Assembly (NCBI GenBank): GCA_977016875.1
Contig: CDRNST010000199.1
Coordinates: forward strand, 558,001-622,000
Direction: 5' to 3'
DNA: 64,000 nt
Origin: Pavona decussata
Taxonomy: Eukaryota
The notes beneath the pieces are model-generated. The model ran no database searches. It was not told where the DNA came from and was given only the letters and a program-made list of their open reading frames with translations. The position numbers were made by a program, and so were the translations under genes. Of the stretch, positions 1-12,309 are shown in pieces; the stretch's first letter is position 1, and every line of letters begins with the position of its first letter.

Positions 1-2490
1 TTTCTGGATGCATGATAATTTCAAATTATCGAACAAACTCAGTTTCTCCTAGCATTGGGACATTAGTATGACACTTAAAAAAGACTTGAACAGGCTGAAA
101 ATAAAGAGTTTGAAGATATATCGTTCAGCAAACCTTAACACAAAGCAGTAAGAATACCGAGAAGAAGGACGTAGAAGGCGTGGGCCGGTGCCAAACGAGG
201 GGACTTGGGCGGGGCGGGGTTGATTCACTAGTTTTTAAGGCCTTGGTAAGGTTGGTTAGGAAATATTGGCAGGGATGAACCATCTTGTTTAAGTAATGAC
301 ATTTTGAAAACAACTTTTTTATTATTTATCAGTTTAGTTATTAAGTAATTTATTGACAACAAAAGAAGCTTGTGGATGAAGAGAATCTATCTATATGTAA
401 CAATATCTGCTTTGCAAAAACATTCTAAATCTCTTTGGATCTGTTCTGAATGATATATAAATGACTTATTGAGTGACTGCGTGAAATGTCGAACCATCAG
501 AGGTGGATGGCTCAGTACGTTTGTGTTTAAAGAGACGTTTAAACAGTCATAACTTCCCTAAATACCTTTACCCATACCGCCCCCCCCCCCCCCTCACATT
601 CTTAATGAGACCCTTTCATTCCCTACCCATGTTCTGAATATGCTTGTCTCTGAATATGGCTCTGGCATGGATGCTCACAGCGTAAAATGAACTCCTAGTT
701 TCGTAAAATAGATGGAGACATGGCACAAAAGCCCAGAACCCCCTATGCTGGAAGAAACAAAGAAGACTAAAAACACAGATTGTTGGGGCTGGCGCAGCAA
801 TACACTGGTTCAGACATTAACTACAGGAATAATTAAACACAGTTTAAATACTTAAACTACCAATTAAAATTAACAATACTTAGAAGGTAACGGGGTGTGT
901 CTAACTGGGTTTTCTTTTATTCTCTGATTTAGGTCCGGATTTTCCTTGATGGTGTGGAACAGTACAGGAGACACAGATGTAGCTTTTAAAATTAGTTGGC
1001 CTGATAACTTAAATTAGTAGTAATCATGGCTTTTTGGAGTGCCTTTGAGTTTAGAAATGTACAGAATAGTTTGGTTTGGTTGGATGTGTCTTCTTTGTTT
1101 TTTTTTTTTGGTCATCATATCTGCATACAATTTGTCAGCTACTACAAAACTTGGAGTAAAATATTTTAGTTTATGTAGCCATGTAGGTGGAGCGGTATTA
1201 TTCTTGAATGTTGTAGTTGTTCATAGAGGAGGAAAAATCATAGTTGAAACAGTAAGTGAAAAAAAGTTAAGTAATAGTTTAATAACAGCTATTCTTTGTG
1301 ATAATAACAAGGTATAATAAGTGAACCCAACTTGAGGTATTTGAAAACAAACAAGATGAAACTAATATTGTGTATGAATGAATGGGGCTCTACCTTGTGA
1401 ATAATAAAGCAAATTAAAAATAGCGAACACGGCTTACTTCTGTGAAACTGTTGCCGCAATGAGTCAGTTCCCTCCAATATGGCAGCCAGCTAGCTGTTCA
1501 GCACAATCGCAGATTCTGAGAAAAAAGCCGTGTTCAGATCATCCTACGGAACCCAGAGACAACACACATTCCCTTCAGATTTTGATAAATCGTACATAGA
1601 AAACTGTCCACGCGCATTGTATACAAAGTAGAGGAAAAATAGCATTTACTTGCCAACAAATGACGAGACTGAACAGGTCTATTCACGAGGTGTGCAGTAT
1701 TCCATGAGCATGACGTACGGCAACACATTCTAAAGTTATTAATTAATTCAAGATCGCCCAAACTTGTACACCCCAGCCCACTGAGCCGGAAATAAATATC
1801 CGGACATCTTTCCCGTTGGTTACACAGGACACCTTAGAAAGTCACAGGAACCAACAAATTATGTTGCGTTCTCCTAACGTCCTACGCACTGAAATCAGGC
1901 GGTGTGCGTCACGAAATTTGACCAATCAGAATGCGTTATTTGATCACTAGTCTTCGCTCCCAAGAACATCGGTCTGGAGAGGTCAGTCTGTCGAAAATCT
2001 CGTCATTAACGAAGTCTGTGACATTTTTCCCCGGTTGAAATTCGTTTGAAAGTTAGAGAAACAAATTGACTTAATGCTGGTTAGGTTAATTTTTAAGCTG
2101 AAGCATTAGATCGTATTTGTAGCCAGTTCAAAGGTGACGACCTCGCGCCTGCCGCCATGTTGTTTTGGTCGTTGATTTACTGCATTTCTTGAGGCTAAAC
2201 CTATTTACTTTTGCTGGGTTTGGCCCATACAATTGCACGTTAAGCCAGCTTATCCTTTCTACTTTAGAATTTTCGGGGTCTACCCGTTTTGGTTTTTCCG
2301 TTAAAAGCCGTTGAACTAATAAAGAATCTAAGAAGAGATCGTGTAAACTGAAGTAGCTCAACTCCCGGGAAACCGACCGGAAAAGCCAACGGGCAAATGC
2401 TATTTCTCTCCAAGAAATCCAAGAAGAAAATGTAGATCTCTTTCACCCTGAGATAAAAAAGCAAACTAACTTAGCGAAAGCAATGAAAAA

Positions 2491-2657
2491 TAGACTGCGA
2501 GCAGTCGTACTTTTTCCTTAGATCGCTTGGGCGAAGTGACAGTAAAATTATGCAAATTACAGAAATTAACTCGCGGCCCGCGACCTCACCGCACGCCAGA
2601 TCCATCGAGCGCTACAAAACTCAAGAAGAAAGAGACCGCTCGACCATTCGCGGTCTA
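2491..2657. mobile_element. Short MITE
   Basis: TAGACTGCGA ... TCGCGGTCTA terminal inverted repeat. Confidence 0.55.
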
Positions 2658-3929
2658 AATATTTATATAAAAAAGCGTCTATAAGCAGACGTGACGGCAC
2701 ATAACTTGACTAGTATAAGAGTAAACATAAAAAATTCTCGCCCTAGATTGCCTCCGAACCGGGAATAACTCTACGAAATCGCCAAGTATATCCAACAAGA
2801 AGCATCTACGGCTGCCACTAGACCTTTAAAATTTGCCAAATTGCTGACTTTAGTGATAGTGTTTGGTAAAGGAAGCAAAGTTTGAATGCCCAGTTTCAGT
2901 GCGACTGTAAGTCGACCTAAGTCTTACAGCCTTTGTGGGTGGTGACGCACACCGCCTCCATTGAAACTGAAATCAGTTTGCTCAGAGGAGTTAAGTTCGA
3001 CGGAGCGATATTGCGCTCATTTATGACATACATGATGTGATATAAAATAATACCGGTTTTTTTATAATAAGAGATTTAATGTCCACACGCGGCTTTGAAA
3101 TAGATTTGTGAAATTTACTCAGTAACTGTTTCCTGTATCAAGTATTTTCAAAATAAAGTGGTGCAAAGCAAATATTTTGCTTTATTTATCTCGATTTAGG
3201 TGCATAGTGTCACTGGTGCAAACGATTTTGTTCCTTCTGAGTCAGTTCCCGCGGGCTTATTCCGATGTGAAAGAGATAGAACGGGAACTATGGACTTGAA
3301 TCAGTGTAAAACTCATACCGTGTTTTTTTATTACTATTTAATCAGCATTTTTCGTTCGGCCATAAATAGCTCCTGTTAGTGGTCTTATTTGTAGGTGGGA
3401 ACTTATGCAACAAAGTTCACGACGAAATTTGTCTCCGAGTCTGATTTTTTTCAAACTGATCACTTGATGGGAGATGTTTTGATATTCAAATAAATATAAC
3501 TTAATATGATTTGGCTCGAGGAAAATCACAGCAGGGTGAGAAACAAACAAAAAGAAAAAAAAAAGGAAAATATTAAATCAACAACAAAGGCGAAACAAGT
3601 AATGTGTTCTCCCAACATCCTCAGCTTCTAATTATTAAGCACGATGAATGAATGCATAATTCTTGTAGGAGATAAAAGATACGAACATTCTTACATAGTT
3701 TTAGCTTATATTATGATAAACATAACTTCACACTCCTCTAACAACAGACCTAACATTTACGAATTTCTCAAAATTAAACACTACTTCGCAATTATAAGTA
3801 ATTTTTATAGTTAATTTTAAACTTTGGTTGACTCTGTTTCTAATTAAAATTCGGCTACGAGACATCTCGTCTTTCATCTTTCTATAACTTTTTTCGTCAT
3901 TCTATAAACCGTAGCCACATTGTCTGTTT

Positions 3930-6900
3930 GAAAGATCTTTAGATAAATGTCTTTAGAAAAGATTGGTTCACGACAGAAAATATATGTCAAAATGGTTCCA
4001 TTGTTCTATTAGAGATATTTTCAACATGTGCACACGTTCGTAAGAAGGAATAAATACAATTGCATAAAAAAGATAAATTGAAAAGAGAGCAGCGTGGGTG
4101 CGGAACTATTTAGAAGCCATACCCAGTCAATAGAAAGAACGAATACTCCAACAAAAAGGTAAACGCTGGTTTAATTTAACAAACCACCAAATTGATCGAA
4201 TTATTTAATTTTCGGTATTCTTTCATTCAAAGTTAAAATACAGAATATTGTTTATTGTACGGGCCATATTAAACGAAGCTGGATTTGACAAAAAAAATCG
4301 TAATACATCAGGTTATGTTGTATATTATCACAGTAAATTTTAGTAAGCACTCTTTTTAGAGTATCTGTTTTGGTATATAGCCTATGAGAAAAACCCGAGA
4401 ATTGTATGTCGTAAGTGAGTACGCCCAGCAGGAGAGAACGTCCATGATCACTCCTTCATCCCGATTTCCACTTCTACTACCTCTCACAGACTGTCCTTTT
4501 ATCCTAGAACTATAGTTCAGTGGAACTTCCTGCCTCCGGTTGTTTATACATTCGCTGTTGATCTTGCTCAATTCCAAAAAAAAAAAAAAAAAACGTGTAA
4601 AATCACCCACCAACTCGTTATTTAAGTTTTGTTTTTGTCCTTTTGTTGTTTTGTTGTTTGTTACTGACCACACCGGCTGATAATCCCCAATACGAGGGGT
4701 TGCTGTAATGTGAAATAGTAAATAATAATAAAACGGGATTTTGTTGTCAAGCTAGTGTACGCCTTGAACAAACGAGTGGATCCGGGCGGATTTAGTTCGG
4801 AGTTCCCTCTGAGATATTAAACAGGGCAAAAGATGACTCTTCAATTCACGTCGCGTTAAATAGGCAAATATTTTCTTCGTTTCTAAACTTTTAACCGAAT
4901 CTGGTCACATTAATTTTTAAACTTGAAACGCCAAACCTATCCATGAAAAAGCTGAATAATAAAATGTATATATATATTCTTGTAGTTGTGGTCGAATTTC
5001 ACCGCAAGGGTTTTCAGCGTACCTTATAGGGCCATGCACATTAGGGCTTATTTATTAATCAGTGAAACTGATCTGCTATCATACTAGATTAAAAACCCTT
5101 GGTTACGCTTTAGAGCTTTTGCGTTATTAAAAGCGATTACGTGGGACACTTTCGGCGGGTGTGTACTCCAAAAGCCTCACATCTCTGAGTTGCTGAAGTC
5201 GATTGGACTGAAAATTTGAAGGTATGTTCGCAAATAATGGTATTATATCTTGATTGTCTTTTTTGTGTCGGATCATACATTACCGGGATGTTTTATTCAT
5301 TTATGAAACTGATCTGCGATCATACTGGTGATAAAAAAGCTTGGCTGCGTTTTAGAGGAATAAGCGTTTTAAAAGCCATCTCACGGGACACCTTCGGCTG
5401 GTGTGTGCTCCAAAACCTTCATATCTCTGAATTTCTGAAGTCGATTGCGCTGCAAATTTGTAGCGATGTTGACATAGATGATTTTATCATCATTCAGTTA
5501 TTTTGCTGGCGTAAGCTGGAATTAATTACCGAAAAGTAGCTTTTTGTGTCATCACAACAGAGTACACTAACCCCACCTTCCTCGTGAATCATGTTCTGAA
5601 ATTCTATATGAAACGACGAAAACATGGACACAAAATTGCTGTTCTTCCGTCTACCGACAATCATACGAGTCAGCAGTATAATTATTCAAAATCATGCACT
5701 TTCTGAATTTCTGAGTATAATTGTGATATTTTGCGACAATCCAGTGTACCTGCACACATTTTCTTTTTTTCAAGCTGGGTAGTAATGGAATTACAGTCAA
5801 GGAGAAGAGATTTTTTATTCTCCATATATCAACAACCATTTTTAGCATTCTATGAATATTTCCATTAAACTGCTGAACACAACGTAACAATGGATAAAAA
5901 GAACGATGTATTACACGCGTATTTCATTTTGTCTTTGATATATTAGGAAGTTCCCCGATTTTTAATTACCCGTCAAAAAATACAGTATGAGACAACGGGT
6001 TCTCAAACGTTTCGGACTTACATAACTTTGAAAATGGTGACATTGGGCCATCGCCAAAAGGTCAGTAAACATTGTTTTCATCTTAAATATTGGTTATCGA
6101 AAACCTCCGTTATTAGAATTTTAAATTTAATAAGTTCTTGACATTTTTAGACAAATTTCTTTACAAAAGATTGGTTAACTAGCAACGGAAAATATATGCC
6201 AAATGGTTCCATTATCCCATTGGAGATATTCTTGGCATGCGCGCACGCACGTAAGAAGAAATAAATACAATTGTATAGCAAAGATAAGTTAAAAAGAGAG
6301 CAGCGCGGTTGCAGAACCAAGTCAACAGAAAGAACGAATACTCCAACAGAAAAGTAAGTGCTGCTTTAATTTAACAATTCACCAAATTGATCGAATATTT
6401 TCGATATTTTTCCTTTCGTAAGTTAGAACACGGAACATTTTTTTGTCTACGGACCACATTAAACGAGGCTAAATATATCTTAATAGATCAGGTTATGTTG
6501 TATATTATTAAAGTAAATTTTAGCGACAAACACCCCAGAATTGTATGCCGTGACTACGCCTAGCCATGGAAATCGGCGTTGTGGTGTGAGACACGTGCAC
6601 GCCTTGAACAAGCGAATGGGTACGGCTGGATTTGGTTCAGAGGGCAAATACGCTCTGTTTTTTTTTTTTTTATAAGAACCTTTTTTTATAAGAACGTCGA
6701 GGCTGAGATTAACCAAAATTTTAAGAACGTATTAAGAACATTCCTCAGGCTGAGAGTCGATGAAGAACGTTTTTATTTTGCTAATCTGTATATAAAATCA
6801 AGGTAACGAATGTAAATTATCCAAAATACTTAAGGGCATGTTTTGTATAGCATTAACAATGGTGACACACATCTTGGTTGTCACAATGAGCAGTTCTTGA

Positions 6901-7830
6901 TACCATGTCTCAGCAGGCAATGTACTTTGATAGGTTTCCTGCATTGACTTACTGAAATACATCTAGTGTATACCATGTAATTTAAGAACATCTTAAGAAC
7001 GTTTTCAGCCTCAAATCGCAAAAAAAAAACATAAGAACGTTCAGCCTCAGCTCCAAAATTAGACGTTCTTATAAAAAAAACAGTGTATTATGACCTGCCT
7101 TGTGCAAATTTATGTTGTTTTGTCTGAAAACATGGCCACATTACAAATATGTAAACTTAAACTTCATTTTTCTCAACTTGAAACGCTAACACATCCAAAC
7201 TACCAAATTCAGTAATGCTATCCATTCGATGGAAAAGCTAAATAATAAAAAAAAAATGTATCCTTGTAGTTGTGATTGAATTTCATCGCAAGGGTTTTCA
7301 GCGTACTTTACAAGGTCACATTATCTGGCGGATCACTAAGCTACTTAAGTTAGAATTACCGAAAAGCAGCTTTTGTGTCATCACAATGGAGTACACTAAC
7401 TTTACTTTTCTCGTGAATCGTTTTAAAATTCTATATTTACGACGAAAACTTCGACACAAAATTGCCGTTCTTCCGCCTACCGAGTCAACATGCATATTCA
7501 ACATCGTGCACTTTTTTTAAATACGTGAATATAGTTGTGATAATTTGTAACAGTCCAGTGCAAATGTACACCTTTTTGCTTTTAAAATTTTTGCTTTGAT
7601 CAATGGAATTACTGTAACAGTCAAAGAGAAACGATTTTGGCTTTTTCTCGATTTATTGACAACCATTGTTTGGTATTCTATGAATAAATTCTAGGAAAAA
7701 GAAATGTAACAATGGACAAAGAACGATGTATTTTTGCATTTCATTTCGCTGTTGGTATATCAAGAAGTTCCCCGGTTTTTAATTATCCAGCAAAAAATAC
7801 CGAATGAAACGAGATCTCAAACGTAATTAT
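3930..7830 (+). repeat. Diverged ~2-kb direct duplication (3930-6030 vs 6140-7830)
   Basis: Colinear blocks, e.g. cgcaagggttttcagcgtac at ~5003 and ~7287, and aattaccgaaaag.agc at ~5524 and ~7354. Confidence 0.8.
6651..7085. mobile_element. TA-flanked MITE with AAGAAC subterminal repeats
   Basis: Inverted ends ctg(T)nATAAGAAC / GTTCTTAT(A)nCAG, TA on both sides, many internal AAGAAC copies; absent from the paralogous segment near 4800. Confidence 0.75.
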
Positions 7831-8423
7831 TTTTGTCCTTGAGATGTTTAAGAAGTCCTTAATTTGTCTTAAATATTTGATCAAACGCCGAAACAGAATG
7901 CACCAAATAAATTTAGTTTGCATGCAAAAGAGTTTGCCATGAATTTTTTGCGAATTATCGGAATCAGTCTTCACTATTCGTTAAATAAATACTCCTTAAA
8001 TGCAGAGTAGTGGTCCTGTGTGACCTTGAAGACATTGGTTAAACAGAGGCTATTGTGAATAAGGTTGTTTATAAGCAGAGGCATCCAACAGCTTATATCG
8101 GCGGATATCCGTTCGGATATTAGCCTTAATTATCGCCAAAATTCGAATTTTGTCTTCAAAAATGAACAGTAATGTCGGAACACTGGGAAACTAATTCATT
8201 TCATTTTTGTAGGGGCAAATATGTCCTTTACAATGCAAAAACGGTAAGCTGACATTTTCTTAAAAAAAAAATAAATAAATAAAGAAACGGCCTAACACGA
8301 AACCGCTTGTAAATTCGGGGAAACATTTCCGTTCCCTGCAAGTTAAACATATCCAAATTGCTTTAGCTGAAAATGTAACTTTACTCGTACTCGTCGTCAG
8401 TGTGAGCTAGCCTTAAAGGGTAG

Positions 8424-8663
8424 GCTCCAGTTGTTCAAAGAGCGGATAACTTTATCCACTGGATAAGTCACTATCCAACGGAGCAAATGCGCTCCAACTA
8501 ACGGTTTTGGCAAGTTTTCCTTACAATCCCACACTTAAATTTGTCATACGCTTCTATTCTATCCACAAATTATAGGGCTATCTGGAAAATCTTGCACATA
8601 TTTCATCTACGGAATACCGACCTATCCAGTGGATAAATTATCCGCTCTTTGAACAACTGGGGC
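8424..8663. mobile_element. MITE, Harbinger-like, TIR GCCCCAGTTGTTCAAAG
   Basis: Long inverted ends (ccagttgttcaaagagcggataa / ttatccgctctttgaacaactgg); flanks TAG / CAG. Confidence 0.8.
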
Positions 8664-9746
8664 CAGAAAGGAAGACGGAATCTTATAACAAATAAGCTTT
8701 GTTAAAGGGGCCAAATAGCCAAATTCACGAGTCTTTCCTAAGTTAAGATGTTTCCTATTGTTTCTTGGTGACAGTCTATTCTTGGACTAACAATGTTGTG
8801 TTGTTAAGAAACAATACATTTTTAAATTAGGAGGATTTGTAAAGGTGGCCCACTGAAAATGTTGATCTTGTTGTCTGCCACTGTACATGAATTGTCCGTT
8901 TTGTGATAACGGATTAAAACTTATTCAAAACGAATTGCGATAGCGAGCTTCAACTTTCTCATATAGGAATAAGAACCCCTTCTTGCAGAACTTTGAGGAA
9001 AATTGCTAACAGCGACTTAATTTCATTTAAATAACCGGCCCAAAACAAACTATTATTCCCTTGAGTATTTTGGATTTATACATAGCAATGCGAATGAAGT
9101 AAAAAAGCTTCATTTTAGCTGTTCAAGGGAAATACAGATCGATCTATTGGAAGAGTAACACTGATCAGCAGTATTTTGAAGGAGTCTCTTTCTTATCACA
9201 AGATCTCAAACCCGTCAAACGATGGCTAACCAAATGCACGCTAATGTTGGAGAAAGTAAGTGGTAATTCGGCGAAAAATACACACGCAAAGCAGGTGTTA
9301 AAGAGCATGTACCATTCAAATTATTTTGTTTCGAGAAGAAGCCAAAGATAAGTGGCAGTTCCAAGACATTACAACCAATAAGAATACGACTTGTTTTTAC
9401 AGCCAAATTAAACAACACATTTATCTAGTTTTTGTTTAAAGAAGTCTTCAAAGCTGAGTGACATAATTATCAGTTCACAAGACATTACAACCAATTAAAA
9501 CACCAGTCGTATTTATACCCGCAACAAAAAGCTCATTGATATTTGAATATGGCATATTTAAAATAAAAACTCACCTCTTTAAATAAAACTCTTCTAAGAA
9601 AAAAGGGCAACAAATTTATCTCAACATATTCATATGATTGAACATTGACTTAAACGTTGAAAACTCGCATTCATCAAACAAAATTATATTTGAAGAAGGC
9701 ATCAAAGCTATATCATCACGTTTACTTTAATATTATTGTTGAGGAT

Positions 9747-9963
9747 AATGTGTTATTCAGTAAGTGACACAGGCATACTCAGAAAAAAATCCGAGCGCTC
9801 CTTCCCATGAACCTAGTTTAATGGCCTTAGCTCCCACGAGTCTCCTGTAGCTCAGTGGTAGAGCATCCGAAATAGTAATCGGAAGGTCTTAGGTTCAATT
9901 CCTGATAGGAGCACTCTGGTTTTTTTTGCGAGTATGCCTGTGTCACTTACTGAATAATACATT
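9747..9963 (+). mobile_element. tRNA-derived repeat (Thr-AGT-like) inside an inverted repeat
   Basis: 9841-9913 has an A box (TAGCTCAGTGGTAGAGC), a degenerate B box (GGTTCAATTCC) and a cloverleaf with an 8-nt anticodon loop. Arms 9747-9802 and 9907-9963 are complementary. Confidence 0.75.
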
Positions 9964-9987
9964 GCATCATTCTCATTTATTCACCAG

Positions 9988-10225
9988 GCCCCAGTTGTTC
10001 AAAAGCCGGATAACTTTATCCGCTGGATAAGGCACTAGTCGGGGTCTCAAATATACTTCACGTTAAACATTGTCCGAGGTTTTCGTACACTCCTAAACTA
10101 GACTGTGGTTAGAGTGTGCATATTCGCTTGTACACGATGAAATACTGAAATCTTTGCACAGATTAAAACTGCGGGCAGTGACTTATCCACTGGATAAAGT
10201 TATCCGGCCTTTGAACAACTGGGGC
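9988..10225. mobile_element. MITE, same TIR family as 8424-8663
   Basis: GCCCCAGTTGTTCAAAAGCCGGATAACTTTATCC ... GGATAAAGTTATCCGGCCTTTGAACAACTGGGGC with a CAG duplication. Confidence 0.85.
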
Positions 10226-10437
10226 CAGGCTTAAAATATTCCATCAAATTTATTCCAAAATTATTGTTATTCTAATGTTTTAATGAGTGCTCGACCCATG
10301 TTCGGAGAATTCGTATTTTCTTTTTCCGAGTGTCCCTCTATCACTGACTTCGAAAATACATCTGATCCCAGACATACACTCATCAACGTTGAAATCCTGG
10401 CAGTATGCAGAACGTTTGTCACATAAACCTAATTTAA

Positions 10438-12309
10438 GGGTACTTCCTGGGTTCGATAGGGTAAAAAAGGGAAAAAACATTTTTTTCGACCAAATAGAAT
10501 TTGGGGAGTTTTTCTAACATTTACTGAAAAAAAAAATGAATAATATTAAAAAGCGCGCGAGATATTTAGGAAAACGTATTTCTATCTAGAAGTAAATAAA
10601 TAAAAAAGGTGTCATAATCTTCTTAGTGCGAGACGCCCCAGAGAAATTTTCGCGGCAAACGCTTCATCCGGGAGCTCTTATTTCAGAAATAAGCATATTT
10701 TGTTTACATCTCGCCTCCAGAAAATTTCTCACTTCGAATTTTCTATTCTTTGCCGGCGCTTCCCACATGGAAAAGTCATCAAAAAACGAAAAGAGCCTGT
10801 GGATAAAATCCCAGAAGATGCCAGGGCCTAAGAAAAAGGGACAGATAGGTTTCAGCGAAGATCGAAAACGTGATCTTGCAGAGAGCAACAAAGGCTCTTG
10901 GTTCGACCAAGAAACTCTAGTCGACGTTGAAGGTTCTGTCGAAGGTGATCACGAAGAACTGGAGTAGTGGCCTTCAAATCAATCCACTGTTATTGGATCA
11001 AGTACACAGAGGTCGATTGCCGTGCAAAAGTCCTGCAGGGCAACTTTGCAAGCGTCCTGTGAAAATATCAAATATCATATTCTGCATCCTCTGGGCCGAT
11101 TTCTTTCTTCTGCAGCGAGATAAAACCAAATAACGTTTTACTGCGCGTTTGTAATGAAACATTGGAATAAAATCAGCAAGAATTAGACCGATGAAATAGA
11201 ACTCAACAGAAGCGTATCAGCCCACGTGTAATACTGGAGATAGCGCGTTCTGCATGGCCCTTTCTCTCGCTTTTTGCTCCGCTCCACGCTATCTTGAATA
11301 TTTCTTACGAAGAAATCACTATCGTACCTAAATAACAGTAAAAATGCGATTTTCTTTCATTATACATTTCCTTTGATACGAAATGAATAATCGCTTTAGC
11401 TTGAAGCGTAAATTACATTACACGCAATCAAAACGAACAACCTACCCAATAGATTTCATCTCTGTTATCAGTGCACTCCTCCGAGGAGTGCACAGTTTGG
11501 CAAACTCTCCGCTGACGCGCTTCTGGTTTCGTTAGCCTTGGTTTTTCCCCGTTTTCCTGGTTGATTTTTACGTTTTCCTTTCGCCACTTTCCCCATCTCG
11601 CTCGATCACAACAGCGGAGTCTAAAACGTGTCTGCAACGCGATACTTTTTCCGCGAAATTCTGTGCTATTGTTGTTAACGCCATGGGGTCCTGTTGCTCG
11701 ATTGGCTTGCCACCTAATGAGGTGTCATAATCTCCTGTGGAGGCTTGTTTTTCTTGCAAACCTTTATCGAGCGAAAACTCGCACTTGAATTTTGGCAGAG
11801 TATGTCGACTTTGAACGAATTAATAGGGTATGTAGTTTTGACGGATTGTCGTGAAATTTGGCCAGAAGATTCGAGGAATAATGACAAACAAAAATGTGTC
11901 AGGGAATTTTGATTTTCAAAATATTTTTCCCGTGGCGACTGTTTACGCAACACGACTCAAATATTTTTTGCTACTCAAACTTTAGACGTGGATATCTAAA
12001 TAACCAATCAGAATTTCGGAAAAGCCTGACACTCTTTTGTTGATTGATGCCTTGTGAATAACACTGTGCAGCGATTTTGTTCTTCGCGCGGCGTTTGACA
12101 ACCGATTAATTCAATGGAACGACCATCGGTCGATTCGAGGTTCTACTGGCTCCTGGCACTTAAAAAAGGAAAAGATCGCTCAATTATATTTTTTATAGGA
12201 AACTACATTTGTTAAGCTTTATAATGATATATAGTTTGTTAGGGGTTTATTAAAACTTGCGCGCGTACGATTTTTTTCCAAAGGACACCCGCGAACCCAG
12301 GAAGTATCC
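10438..12309. mobile_element. Kolobok-type non-autonomous DNA transposon
   Basis: 18-bp TIR GG(G/A)TACTTCCTGGGTTCG, TTAA on both sides, purine-purine termini, paralogous empty site near 13584. A short basic ORF stub (MPGPKKKGQIGFSEDRKR) starts at 10818. Confidence 0.8.

Noticed and set aside
9841-9913. Functional tRNA-Thr gene
   Set aside because: 8-nt anticodon loop, 1:72 mismatch, altered T loop and repeat-like flanks shared with other copies; treated as a tRNA-derived repeat.
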